Shown: positions 9,068 to 17,983 of the stretch, piece by piece
Position numbering within the stretch: the first letter of the stretch is position 1
Layout of the letters: the number at the start of each line of letters is the position of its first letter
Assembly (NCBI GenBank): GCA_020430505.1
Contig: JAGQJT010000002.1
Span: forward strand, 27,343 to 91,342
DNA: 64,000 nucleotides
Source of the DNA: Nanobdellota archaeon
GTDB taxonomy: Archaea > Nanobdellota > Nanobdellia > Pacearchaeales > GW2011-AR1
Reading direction: 5' to 3'
Position numbers and translations under genes: made by a program
Notes under the pieces: model-generated
What the model was told of the DNA's origin: nothing
Seen by the model: the letters and a program-made list of their open reading frames with translations, nothing else
Database searches by the model: none

Positions 9068-10804
9068 ATGAGAAGTAAGATTTTTTTACTAATTACATTG
9101 GGAATACTAGCTGTTTCTTTTGCTAGTTCGCTAGATTTGAGCGTTTCCTTTAAGGGTTACTCTAATTTGGCTCTTGGGCCTACTGCTTCTGTTAATCAAT
9201 CAGATTACTTTCCTCTTACTTCCCCTTATGGAACTGGAGAAACAATAGATGTAAATTTCCTAAATAAATACGATGTTTTAGATTGGATACTAGTTGAATT
9301 GAGAGAAGAAAAGAATTCAAGTTTTCTTTTTGCAGAAAGTTACCTTGCTTTAGCAGATGGAAGAGTCATTGATGTTAATGGAAAGGACTTTTCACTTCCA
9401 AAAAACAATGAATACTATTACATATTCATAGACCATAGAAATCACTTATCTATAGTTTCTGATGAAAAATATGGATATTATACTCCTCCTACGGCGTCCG
9501 TATCATCTGGACTACATCCTCTTTTGATTCCTGGAGACGCGGATGGAAATGAAATAATTCAGAATACAGATTACACAAATTTCTTGGTTCCTCAAAACAA
9601 TAGTGAAGGTTACTTAGAAGCTGACTTTAACTTTGATGGAATTGTTAATCAAGAAGATGAAGATCTATGGAGTGATAATCTTGGATTGGCTTCCCAAGCA
9701 GGAAAATTCAGTTTTGCCCCCGGATTAAAAGTTTTTTTAGAAGGACCATATGAAGGAGTAAGTATGAAAGATGGACTTGCAAAGAATGGTTTTTTACCAA
9801 TGACTTCCCCTTATGGAACTGGAGAAACAATCGACCAAAATTTTATAGATAGTCATGAGATTGTAGATTGGATTTTGATTGAACTTAGAACGGAAAGAAC
9901 TTCAGATTATTCTGTTCTTGAGAGCGCATTATTATTGAAAAACGGATTTGTGATCGACACAACTGGAGAAAGATATTCATTACCAAGTGAGGGAGAATAT
10001 TATATAATTGTTGACCATAGAAACCACCTAGCAATAATGTCAGAAAACAAATACAGTTCAAATGATCCAATGATCGATTTGACATTGAATACATCGATTT
10101 ATAAATACTTAAATGGAGCTAAAGAAGTTTCATCAGGAGTTTATGCTCTTATTGCAGGAGATTCTGATGGAAATGAAATAATTCAAAACTCAGATAATAA
10201 TTATACAGTATCACAATTAGGCCAAGCAGGATATTTGGAAGGGGATCTTGATTTGAATGGCTTTGTTCAAAATACAGATTTACTTAATTTCTGGACAAAA
10301 AACTTGGGATTTGCTTTTCAAGTTCCAGCTTATGATTTTTGCGGGGATTCAGTTTGTAGTGTCACAGAAAACTGTTCTATCTGCTCGGTAGATTGTGGTT
10401 CCTGTTCATTATCAGTAACTCCTTCAGGGCCTACTACAGAAGACAACGGGGGAAGAGGAGGCAGCTGTATATACAATGACAATTTTGATTGGCAATGTTC
10501 TGAATGGAGCGATTGTGTAAATGGAACCCAGACTAGAACTTGTAAACCCTACAACAATTGTGGAAACACATACGGAAGACCTTTGGTTGAACAAGCTTGT
10601 CAAACAATAATACCTTCTGGAGAACTTTTGAATGAAACTGAAATTAATCCAAGAAGGGCAGGAATAACTGGTGCAGTTATTGGAGACTATTTAAGTTCTG
10701 GAAGAGGGATAGTTAGCATTATTGCAATCCTAATAGCCCTTGGAGGAATAGGGTATTTTGGAGTAGGATTGGCAAGAGATTTGAAGAATAAAAAGAAAGA
10801 ATAG
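9068..10804 (+). CDS. Surface protein with an internally duplicated domain, two dockerin-like Ca-binding modules, a Cys-rich region and a C-terminal TM anchor
   Basis: ORF track starts at TTG 9047; ATG 9068 gives the signal peptide MRSKIFLLITLGILAVSFASS. TSPYGTGETID...DHRNHL occurs twice; DFNFDGIVNQEDEDLW and DLDLNGFVQNTDLLNFW are dockerin-like; C-terminal hydrophobic helix plus KNKKKE tail. Confidence 0.6.
   Translation: MRSKIFLLITLGILAVSFASSLDLSVSFKGYSNLALGPTASVNQSDYFPLTSPYGTGETIDVNFLNKYDVLDWILVELREEKNSSFLFAESYLALADGRVIDVNGKDFSLPKNNEYYYIFIDHRNHLSIVSDEKYGYYTPPTASVSSGLHPLLIPGDADGNEIIQNTDYTNFLVPQNNSEGYLEADFNFDGIVNQEDEDLWSDNLGLASQAGKFSFAPGLKVFLEGPYEGVSMKDGLAKNGFLPMTSPYGTGETIDQNFIDSHEIVDWILIELRTERTSDYSVLESALLLKNGFVIDTTGERYSLPSEGEYYIIVDHRNHLAIMSENKYSSNDPMIDLTLNTSIYKYLNGAKEVSSGVYALIAGDSDGNEIIQNSDNNYTVSQLGQAGYLEGDLDLNGFVQNTDLLNFWTKNLGFAFQVPAYDFCGDSVCSVTENCSICSVDCGSCSLSVTPSGPTTEDNGGRGGSCIYNDNFDWQCSEWSDCVNGTQTRTCKPYNNCGNTYGRPLVEQACQTIIPSGELLNETEINPRRAGITGAVIGDYLSSGRGIVSIIAILIALGGIGYFGVGLARDLKNKKKE
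9215..10320 (+). repeat. Intragenic tandem duplication (unit about 585 nt) within the surface-protein gene
   Basis: A near-identical about 30-nt stretch, cttccccttatggaactggagaaacaat, at about 9218 and about 9803; the downstream protein segments (TSPYGTGETID, DWIL-ELR-E, DHRNHL, GD-DGNEIIQN-D) are colinear. Confidence 0.6.
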
Positions 10805-10850
10805 TTTCGAGAACAATAATTCTTATAAATAAAAATTAATTTTTTAATTT

Positions 10851-11327
10851 ATGAGTAGAAAGATTACGTTAGGATTTTTGATTTTCATCATATTTTCATT
10901 GACTACAACTTTTGTTATCGCGGGGGACGGAACAACAACATTGAATGCTCACGGACCAGCAGCAATAAGTATCGAAGTTCCTGACTCTGTTGATTTTGGA
11001 GAAATTGAGACTGGAGAGAATTATTTTAATACGGACAAATCTATAAGAGTTGATATAAACAACACTGGGAATACAGATATAATTGTTAGCTTGGATTTTG
11101 AATCTGGTTATGAGGGAATTTTTGAAAACACTTATGTGAGTGAGACTAAAACCAACCCCGATAATGATTATCTTTATTCTGATTTTGAACTTCTAATAGA
11201 CGCTCCTTCTGGAGGGGAACCTGGGCATGAGTGGTTTTACATTTGGCTTGACTTAACAAACGTCACAGAGCAAATAGGATATGAAAACCAACAAGCAGAT
11301 TTAATCTATACTGCTATTTCTGCTTAA
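10851..11327 (+). CDS. Hypothetical secreted protein
   Basis: 158 aa; N-terminal signal/TM MSRKITLGFLIFIIFSLTTTFVIA; acidic, beta-rich composition. Confidence 0.45.
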   Translation: MSRKITLGFLIFIIFSLTTTFVIAGDGTTTLNAHGPAAISIEVPDSVDFGEIETGENYFNTDKSIRVDINNTGNTDIIVSLDFESGYEGIFENTYVSETKTNPDNDYLYSDFELLIDAPSGGEPGHEWFYIWLDLTNVTEQIGYENQQADLIYTAISA

Positions 11328-11328
11328 A

Positions 11329-11850
11329 ATGAAAATACCAATTTTTTTAATTTTGTTTTTGTTTTTGTCGTTTGCTTCTTCGGCAAATTTGTCCATAAGT
11401 CCTGATGAATTAAAATTCAATGGAAAAATTGGAGAAACTCTTTGCCAAGAAATGGTTATAAGAGTCACAAATGAAACTTTACTTGGAGAAGACCTATGGG
11501 CGGAAGAAGGATACTTTGAAAGAAATCTCAAAGCGCATACATTAAATTCTTCTGAATTTGAAACAAAATTGATTTACCCTAAAGAAACCTATGTTGAAAG
11601 TGAGAAAAAAATAGAAATTTGTTTAATTGGAGAAAAACCAGGAAATTTTCATGGAGTTTTGTTTTATAAAATAAAGGAAAAACCTCTCAGAGTGGGAATT
11701 TGGATCTCTGCTAGTTTAAGTGAAGAGAAAAGTTTTACAATAGGAGAAAGTATTTCTGAAAAAAGAAATGTTAAGGGGTTAAATTACCTTTTACCTATGA
11801 CAATTGTTTTAGTTGGGGCATTAATTATACTGTTATTTAAAAAAAGATAA
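11329..11850 (+). CDS. Hypothetical secreted protein with C-terminal TM anchor
   Basis: 173 aa; signal peptide MKIPIFLILFLFLSFASSA; C-terminal hydrophobic helix plus KKR. Confidence 0.45.
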   Translation: MKIPIFLILFLFLSFASSANLSISPDELKFNGKIGETLCQEMVIRVTNETLLGEDLWAEEGYFERNLKAHTLNSSEFETKLIYPKETYVESEKKIEICLIGEKPGNFHGVLFYKIKEKPLRVGIWISASLSEEKSFTIGESISEKRNVKGLNYLLPMTIVLVGALIILLFKKR

Positions 11851-11880
11851 ATATTTAAGTTCTTGAATGCCTATTATTTT

Positions 11881-12570
11881 ATGAAAAAAGCTTTGATGAT
11901 GATTCCTATATTGGTCTTTGCAGTTTTTGCCCTAGGAGCTTTTGTTTCTGCTGAAGAAACTTGTTGTAAAATTACAAATTTAAATAATGAAAAAGTTACT
12001 TATGAGATTACCAACGGCGAATGCCCTCCAATCCCAAGAGCAGCAATATTTAGTTTCGAGATAGTTCCTCTAGAAGAATGTGAAGGCGTTCCAATGCCTC
12101 CTGAACCTCCTAGAGAGAATCAAGCCAATAAAATTATTTCTCCAGGACAATACAGGTTTGAACAGATGGAAAACAAAAGATTGAGATTCATGCATGAGAA
12201 TTATTCTGCAATGTGTGAAGAAGGTTGTAATTTGACGGAAAATCAAACAAGAATTAGGGCATATTTTGCAAACGGAAGAAATGCTGAAATAAAGATAATG
12301 CCAGATGTCGCTGCAGAAAGAGCATTGGAAAGATTAAGATTAAAGAATTGTATTGAGGCAGAGAATTGTACCATTGAATTGAAAGATGTTGGAGAAAGAA
12401 ATGAAACTCTACCTGTTTACGAACTTCAAAGAGAAAGAAGAGCAAAAATTTTTGGATTCATTGGTTCTAAAATGAATGTAAAAGCCCAAGTAAATGCTGA
12501 AAATGGAGAAATTGTAAAAGTAAAAAAACCTTTGTGGGCATTTTTGGCTTCTGAACCTCAAGAAGAATAA
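11881..12570 (+). CDS. Hypothetical secreted Cys-containing protein
   Basis: ORF track starts at TTG 11863; ATG 11881 gives the signal peptide MKKALMMIPILVFAVFALGAFVSA; ten Cys. Confidence 0.45.
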   Translation: MKKALMMIPILVFAVFALGAFVSAEETCCKITNLNNEKVTYEITNGECPPIPRAAIFSFEIVPLEECEGVPMPPEPPRENQANKIISPGQYRFEQMENKRLRFMHENYSAMCEEGCNLTENQTRIRAYFANGRNAEIKIMPDVAAERALERLRLKNCIEAENCTIELKDVGERNETLPVYELQRERRAKIFGFIGSKMNVKAQVNAENGEIVKVKKPLWAFLASEPQEE

Positions 12571-12770
12571 TGAAAAGGAATTTTTTTAGAATAAATTGGA
12601 AAAAATTTTACATTGCGGTTTTGATTATTTTTTTGTCTGGAGTAATTCATAATTTGATTTATGCTGTTTTTAATTTTGAAGACGCTGTATTCTTGATATT
12701 GCCTTTTTTGGGAATTCTTTATCTAATTGTCTCTGGAGTTTACAGTTTAATTGTGAGGAAGAAAAAGTGA
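12570..12770 (+). CDS. Small membrane protein (66 aa)
   Basis: Two predicted TM helices; TAATG overlap with the upstream gene. Confidence 0.3.
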   Translation: MKRNFFRINWKKFYIAVLIIFLSGVIHNLIYAVFNFEDAVFLILPFLGILYLIVSGVYSLIVRKKK

Positions 12771-12967
12771 TAAACATTCTTAATGTTCCAGTTGAACAAC
12801 TTCCAGGAAAGATAATCTTCCAATCAGTGATTCTTTTGATTTGTGTTTTTATTTTAACTGGTTTAAGTAAGAAAGTAAAAATCAATGAAAGAACATTTGT
12901 TTGGGGAGCATTGATTTTGATGGTTATTTTTATTGTTAAGAATGTTATTGCTTTAATTTCAAAATAA
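12767..12967 (+). CDS. Small membrane protein (66 aa), GTG start
   Basis: Two hydrophobic helices; only a GTG start is available in frame, so the call is weak. Confidence 0.2.
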   Translation: MINILNVPVEQLPGKIIFQSVILLICVFILTGLSKKVKINERTFVWGALILMVIFIVKNVIALISK

Positions 12968-13049
12968 TTTGCCGTCGATAAGATTATGAAATTGTAAGTG
13001 AAACCAGTTTCTCCAAAGCGATTATAAAATACTTTTCTTTAAAATCCTC

Positions 13050-13733
13050 ATGACATTCAAAGAGTTTGCAAAAGAGCTGAACGGAAAAAGAGTTGAAGGA
13101 GAAATAATAAAGACCATGTTCTATTCTTTAATTTCTTCAATAGGAGCATTTGTAATACTTTATTTTTCTATTCTAAAAGATATTGAAAATTTCCTCCCAA
13201 AATATGGATTTTATATTTTCTTCGCGATTGTAAGCTATGCTGTTGTTCTTCCTTCTTTCAGGCAAGTTAGAGCGTATAGACAATTTGCTTGCATGTCTGG
13301 AATGATGATAGGAATGACAACTGGAATGATAGCCGGTTTCTTGGCCGGATTTTTGGCTGGAGCAACAAATGGGATGTTTTACGGAAGCATATTTGGTATG
13401 GCTGTGGGAATATTTTTAGGTGTCTGGAATGGAAAATGTTGTGGGATAATGGGTTTAATGGAAGGACTCATGGCAGGTTTCATGGGAGGACTAATGGGAG
13501 CAATGACTTCAGTAATGCTTATTAATGAGCCTTTGAGAGCCGCAACAATAATCATATTTGTAATCTGCGCAACTATTCTTTTCGCCCTTAATTATATGAT
13601 TTACAAGGAAATGAAAGAAACTCCAAGAGAGATTATAGAGGATTACGGAATGGTTGCTATAACAAGCTTCCTTTTAACAATAATAACAATTTGGTTAATG
13701 GTCTTTGGGCCAAGGAGTATTTTATTTTCATAA
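13050..13733 (+). CDS. Met/Gly-rich polytopic membrane protein, first gene of the copper operon
   Basis: 227 aa; a 70-aa core GMMIGMTTGMIAGFLAGFLAGATNGMFYGSIFGMAVGIFLGVWNGKCCGIMGLMEGLMAGFMGGLMGAMTSV made of repeated GxxxG/Mx3M spacing plus a CC pair; 1-nt TAATG overlap with the next gene. Confidence 0.5.
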   Translation: MTFKEFAKELNGKRVEGEIIKTMFYSLISSIGAFVILYFSILKDIENFLPKYGFYIFFAIVSYAVVLPSFRQVRAYRQFACMSGMMIGMTTGMIAGFLAGFLAGATNGMFYGSIFGMAVGIFLGVWNGKCCGIMGLMEGLMAGFMGGLMGAMTSVMLINEPLRAATIIIFVICATILFALNYMIYKEMKETPREIIEDYGMVAITSFLLTIITIWLMVFGPRSILFS

Positions 13734-14104
13734 TGGGAAACAAAGCAATTTACATAGGAGTAATAGTATTAATCTTAGTGGCAGGATTTTTCTTAATTAA
13801 AAGTCCTAACGTAAATGGAGAAGTGACTTCTGGAGGTACTGGAGATATTCAAAAAGTAACAATTGGTTTCAAGAATTATAATTATGATCCACAAGTTGTG
13901 AAGGTTAAAGCAAACCAGCCAGTAAGAATTTATTTAGATGATAGTGTTTATGGTTGCTATAGAGCTTTCACAATAAGAGAATTTGGGATTTCCAAGTTCT
14001 TACAATCAACAAATGATTATGTCGAGTTCACACCAACTAAACCTGGAACCTACGCTTTCTCATGTAGCATGGGAATGGGAACCGGAAAATTAATTGTAGA
14101 ATAA
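13733..14104 (+). CDS. Cupredoxin-like (PF13473-type) membrane-anchored protein
   Basis: ATG at 13733 (internal Met of the ORF-track ORF) gives the TM anchor MGNKAIYIGVIVLILVAGFF; the C-terminus GTYAFSCSMGMGTGKLIVE matches the cupredoxin_1 GTYxFxCxxHxxMxGxLxV pattern with Met in place of His. Confidence 0.55.
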   Translation: MGNKAIYIGVIVLILVAGFFLIKSPNVNGEVTSGGTGDIQKVTIGFKNYNYDPQVVKVKANQPVRIYLDDSVYGCYRAFTIREFGISKFLQSTNDYVEFTPTKPGTYAFSCSMGMGTGKLIVE

Positions 14105-14265
14105 TGGCATACGAATATTTTGGGCATTACAATATGATGGGCGGAAACTATATATTTAGTTGGTTGTTTGGGATATTAGGCATTATCGTTTTAATTTTGT
14201 TAATTATTTATTTAATGAGAAAAATTGATGAAACATCAAATAAAAAACACAGGAGGAAAAAATGA
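14104..14265 (+). CDS. 53-aa His/Met-containing membrane peptide
   Basis: Not in the ORF track (under 60 aa). MAYEYFGHYNMMGGNYIFSW, then a TM helix, then a basic tail. TAATG overlap upstream and ATGA overlap with the copZ start suggest translational coupling. Confidence 0.3.
   Translation: MAYEYFGHYNMMGGNYIFSWLFGILGIIVLILLIIYLMRKIDETSNKKHRRKK
14252..14256 (+). promoter_or_regulatory. Shine-Dalgarno-like GGAGG 5 nt upstream of the copZ ATG
   Basis: The sequence aggaggaaaaaatg; 5-nt spacing. Confidence 0.3.
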
Positions 14266-14471
14266 AAAAGAAAATAGTTGTTGATGGTATGCATTGCGCT
14301 TCTTGCGCTTCAAATATAGAAAGAAGTTTGAGAAAGATTCCCGAAATTGAAAATGTTTCAATAAGTGTCATAACAAAAAAGGCAATTGTTGAATGCGAGA
14401 AAGAGATTTCTGATGAAAAACTTGCAGAGGCTGTAAAAAGGGCTGGATACAAAGTAACTGAGATAATTTAA
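14262..14471 (+). CDS. copZ: Copper chaperone, HMA domain
   Basis: 69 aa; GMHCASC metal-binding motif; ferredoxin-like fold length. Confidence 0.85.
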   Translation: MKKKIVVDGMHCASCASNIERSLRKIPEIENVSISVITKKAIVECEKEISDEKLAEAVKRAGYKVTEII

Positions 14472-14472
14472 G

Positions 14473-16413
14473 ATGAATCATAGCGAGAGTCCTGAATTAA
14501 AGGAAACACGAACTTGGAAGAAGAGACTTTTGTATAGCTGGATAATCACTATTCCGGTTATGGTATTGATGTATCTTCCAATGTTATTTGATTTGAAGAT
14601 TTTGGATCCAAAGATACATTCTGTAATTTTGTTGGTACTCTCATTTCCAGTCATATTCATAATAGGTTTTTCAACTTTGAAATCTGGGTTTAGAGGGTTT
14701 TTTAGTTTTTACTTTAATATGGATTCTTTAATTGCTCTTGGAACTGTTGTGGCCTATACAACAGGAATTTTAAATTTCTTTTTCCCAATACAAAATTATT
14801 CTGGAATTTCTGCAATGATAATGGCCATTTTTGTAACAGGAAAATATATTGAATCTAAGGCTCGTGGTAAAGCAGGACAGGAGATTAGAAAACTTTTGGA
14901 ACTTGGCGCAAAAGAAGCTAGAGTTTTGAGAGGAAAAGAAGAAATTACAATCCCTATTTCTGAAATAAAAATCGGAGATATAATGATTGTGAAACCTGGC
15001 GAAAAGATTCCTACAGATGGAATTATTACAAAAGGTGAAAGCTCTGTAGATGAATCAATGATTACTGGAGAATCAATTCCTGTGGATAAAACAAAAGGAT
15101 CAAATGTTATAGGTGCGACAATAAACCAAGATGGAATTCTTTATGTTAAAGCGACAAAAATTGGTGCAGATACCTTCTTATCCCACATTATAGAATTAGT
15201 TGAAGAAGCTCAAGGTTCAAAAATTCCTATTCAAAAATTAGCAGATAAAATAACAAATATTTTTGTTCCATCTGTTTTAGGTTTGGCTGCATTAACTTTC
15301 GCTGGATGGGCAATTTTTGGAAATGTTAGTTCTGCAATTGGAAATGCAATTTCTGTTCTTGTTATATCTTGCCCTTGTGCACTTGGTTTAGCAACTCCAA
15401 TAGCGTTGACTGTTGGATCTGGAATGGGAGCTAAGAGAGGAATATTGATAAGAAAAGGGGAAGCAATTCAAACAATGAAAAATGTTAAAGTAGTTATTTT
15501 TGACAAAACTGGAACAATCACAAAAGGAAAACCAGAAGTTACCGACATTATTCCTTTGGAAAAAACATCTGAAAAAGAATTGATTTTGATTGCCTCAAGT
15601 TTAGAAAAGTTATCTGAACATCCCCTATCAAAAGCAATAGTCAATCACGCTCCTTTGAAAAAATATGAAAAAGTTTCTAAATTTAAAATTTTAAGAGGAA
15701 AAGGAATAGAAGGTACGATAAAAGAAAAAAAGTACTTTATAGGAAATAAAAAATTAATGGCAGAGAATAAAATCTCATTAAATAATTATTTTAACCAGAT
15801 TGAAAAATTGGAAAGTGAAGGAAAAACGACAATGATTCTTGCAGAATCTAAAAAAGTGCTTGGTTTAATTGCTGTTGCAGATTCTCTAAAAGAGGATTCT
15901 AAAAATGCTATAAAAGCTCTTCATAGAAGGGGATACTTCACAATTATGATAACGGGAGACAATGAAAAAACAGCTAAAGCTATTGCCAAAAAGATTGGAA
16001 TAAAGAAAGTTATTGCAGAAGTTTTGCCTGAAGATAAATCTGATAAAGTCAAAGAGATTCAAGAGAAAGGGGCTTTTGTTTCTTTTGTAGGAGATGGAAT
16101 AAATGATGCTCCTGCATTGAAACAAGCTAACGTTGGAATTGCTATGGGTTCCGGGTCAGATATTGCCATAGAATCTGGAGACATTGTTTTGACAAAAAGT
16201 TCCTTGAGAGGAGTTGTTCAATCAATAAATCTTTCTAAAGCAACATTTGGTAAGATAAAACAGAATTTGTTTTGGGCGTTCGCGTATAATGTTCTTATGG
16301 TTCCTCTTGCTGTTGCGGGAATTGTACATCCAGTTTTTGCTGAGATTGCAATGGCCCTTTCTTCAATAACTGTAGTAAGTAATGCCAATTTATTGAGAAG
16401 AAAGAAAATCTAG
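14473..16413 (+). CDS. copA: Copper-translocating P1B-type ATPase without a fused N-terminal HMA domain
   Basis: 646 aa; TM CPC motif [11 protein letters not shown]; phosphorylation site DKTGTIT; hinge GDGINDAP; TGES actuator ITGES. Confidence 0.9.
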   Translation: MNHSESPELKETRTWKKRLLYSWIITIPVMVLMYLPMLFDLKILDPKIHSVILLVLSFPVIFIIGFSTLKSGFRGFFSFYFNMDSLIALGTVVAYTTGILNFFFPIQNYSGISAMIMAIFVTGKYIESKARGKAGQEIRKLLELGAKEARVLRGKEEITIPISEIKIGDIMIVKPGEKIPTDGIITKGESSVDESMITGESIPVDKTKGSNVIGATINQDGILYVKATKIGADTFLSHIIELVEEAQGSKIPIQKLADKITNIFVPSVLGLAALTFAGWAIFGNVSSAIGNAISVLVISCPCALGLATPIALTVGSGMGAKRGILIRKGEAIQTMKNVKVVIFDKTGTITKGKPEVTDIIPLEKTSEKELILIASSLEKLSEHPLSKAIVNHAPLKKYEKVSKFKILRGKGIEGTIKEKKYFIGNKKLMAENKISLNNYFNQIEKLESEGKTTMILAESKKVLGLIAVADSLKEDSKNAIKALHRRGYFTIMITGDNEKTAKAIAKKIGIKKVIAEVLPEDKSDKVKEIQEKGAFVSFVGDGINDAPALKQANVGIAMGSGSDIAIESGDIVLTKSSLRGVVQSINLSKATFGKIKQNLFWAFAYNVLMVPLAVAGIVHPVFAEIAMALSSITVVSNANLLRRKKI

Positions 16414-16447
16414 TTAAATTTTTAAAATTCAATTTATTTTTTTAGTC

Positions 16448-16684
16448 ATGAACTTTGAACTAAAAGCGGTGATAGGAGGCTTGATTTGTTTCATTGCTTT
16501 TTCCATACTTTTTTCTTTAGGGACGATAAACGAGATTAACCTATGCAAAAATTGTCCTGAAGCGATGCAAACTTCAAGTGTTTCATTTTATCCTCTTACA
16601 ATTATCCTTTGTTTAGCAATTGTAGTTACATATTTGGGTTGGTTTATTGTGAATCTTGCTATGAGAAAATCAAATAATTTTTAA
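16448..16684 (+). CDS. Small membrane protein (78 aa)
   Basis: Two TM helices; CKNCPE Cys pair. Confidence 0.3.
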   Translation: MNFELKAVIGGLICFIAFSILFSLGTINEINLCKNCPEAMQTSSVSFYPLTIILCLAIVVTYLGWFIVNLAMRKSNNF

Positions 16685-16706
16685 ACAAAAAATCATTAAA
16701 ATAATA

Positions 16707-16886
16707 ATGGCAAACAAAAACAAAAAAGAGGATAAAGCTGATTGGGCTCCTGGAGGAGGATTGCTGTTAGGTTTAGGTGTTGGATTCTTCTTCTTGAAAG
16801 TTAATGTATTCGCATTTGTTGGTTCTATCCTTGCTGGATTAGGTCTTGGCTTAATTGTTGGCGGAATAATTGGAAAGAGAAAGTAA
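16707..16886 (+). CDS. Gly-zipper membrane peptide (59 aa)
   Basis: Not in the ORF track. MANKNKKEDKADWAPGGGLLLGLGVGFFF...GLGLGLIVGGIIGKRK is a GxxxG-rich peptide. The opposite-strand 93-aa ORF 16670..16951 is low-complexity and treated as spurious. Confidence 0.3.
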   Translation: MANKNKKEDKADWAPGGGLLLGLGVGFFFLKVNVFAFVGSILAGLGLGLIVGGIIGKRK

Positions 16887-16895
16887 AAGAATAAA

Positions 16896-17063
16896 ATGAA
16901 TATTTTGAGAAAAAAGTGGTTTTGGATAATTTTAGTGATAATAGCATTCATAATATTTGTTCCTGTAATTTGTGAAACTTATGATGTATTGACCATGTCT
17001 GGAGGAAAGGCAAAAACTTGTACTTCCATCCTAGGATGGTTTATGAATCTAATTGCTAATTAA
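16896..17063 (+). CDS. Small membrane peptide (55 aa)
   Basis: Not in the ORF track; MNILRKKWFWIILVIIAFIIFVPVICETY... Confidence 0.25.
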   Translation: MNILRKKWFWIILVIIAFIIFVPVICETYDVLTMSGGKAKTCTSILGWFMNLIAN

Positions 17064-17067
17064 TAAA

Positions 17068-17367
17068 ATGGAAAGAAAAACTAAGAAATACCCTGAAGGT
17101 TACTTTTTGTTATACTGGATGAGTTTAGGAATTGCTATCGGTGTGGCTATAGGCGTTGCGATGGGAAATATTTCTCTTGGGCTTCCTATTGGAGTTGCGA
17201 TAGGAGCAGTTATTGGTTCTTTTATTGAAAGAGATTATAAGAAAAAAGGTTTGATTAGAAAACTCACAAAAGCCGAGGAAAAAAGACGAAATAGAGGAAT
17301 GTGGATTGGATTAATTCTTGGAATAATCTTTGCTTTAATTGTTGTAGGGTTTTTTGTTTTTGGGTGA
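17068..17367 (+). CDS. Glycine-zipper membrane protein (about 99 aa)
   Basis: ORF track starts at TTG 17053; ATG is at 17068. It carries the IGVAIG-type repeats GIAIGVAIGVAMGNISLGLPIGVAIGAVIGS and a second TM helix at the C-terminus. Confidence 0.4.
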   Translation: MERKTKKYPEGYFLLYWMSLGIAIGVAIGVAMGNISLGLPIGVAIGAVIGSFIERDYKKKGLIRKLTKAEEKRRNRGMWIGLILGIIFALIVVGFFVFG

Positions 17368-17368
17368 T

Positions 17369-17983
17369 TTAAGTTTGAACTCTCAAAAACCAATCTCTTA
17401 TGGCCAATTCAAACCTGGTTATATCATCTTCATTTAGTTCGCAACTATGTGCGATAACGTTTCTTATCTTATTCAATTGCCCCAAAACTTTTTTCATAGA
17501 ATCCCTACTTCTTAAAGTATCTGAAAATTCTTGCCAATTCTTTTCAATGATCTTTATCAACTCTCCAAAATTTGTGTATGTTAAAAGGTCTTCCGATCTC
17601 ACCTCCATAGATTCAGATTTTTCATCTTCAACCCTTTTCTCAACTTCATCGATTATCCCTTGAGGAACATACTCGGATTTCCACCAGTTACTATCAAGTT
17701 TATCTAATTTTTCGGAAATCAATCTTCTTATTGTATTTTCAATTGAATAATATAGTTCATAAAATTCTGACATCTTTTTAGCTTTATTTCTTATATCTTC
17801 TTCGAAGAAACTTTTATCCACAGGACTTTTTCTTAACTTAGAGTGCTTTCCAAGATTAACCTCCCTAATTTCTCCTTTCTCCAACTTCATTCCATCTTTT
17901 TCAATATTTCTAAAATTACTCTCTAACATTAAGTTATTGATTCCAAAAAGCTTAAACCTGTTCAAAAATGTTTTATTCTTCAT
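17369..17983 (-). CDS. HEPN-domain protein (Rx4H motif at C-terminus), second gene of a two-gene module
   Basis: 204 aa; C-terminal KIRNVIAHSCELNEDD = R-x4-H HEPN signature, of the Swt1/Abi-like type; 11-nt overlap with the upstream gene on the same strand. Confidence 0.6.
   Translation of the reverse strand: MKNKTFLNRFKLFGINNLMLESNFRNIEKDGMKLEKGEIREVNLGKHSKLRKSPVDKSFFEEDIRNKAKKMSEFYELYYSIENTIRRLISEKLDKLDSNWWKSEYVPQGIIDEVEKRVEDEKSESMEVRSEDLLTYTNFGELIKIIEKNWQEFSDTLRSRDSMKKVLGQLNKIRNVIAHSCELNEDDITRFELAIRDWFLRVQT

Noticed and set aside
14204-14452. 82-aa minus-strand ORF antisense to copZ
   Set aside because: It fully overlaps the well-supported copZ gene (GMHCASC) and the coupled 53-aa peptide on the plus strand. 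No motif was found, and it is typical of antisense ORFs in AT-rich DNA.
16670-16951. 93-aa minus-strand ORF (P/N-rich low complexity)
   Set aside because: It overlaps two short plus-strand glycine-zipper peptide ORFs that fit the local all-plus-strand gene organisation. Its sequence is low-complexity (PPTIKPRPNPARIEP).
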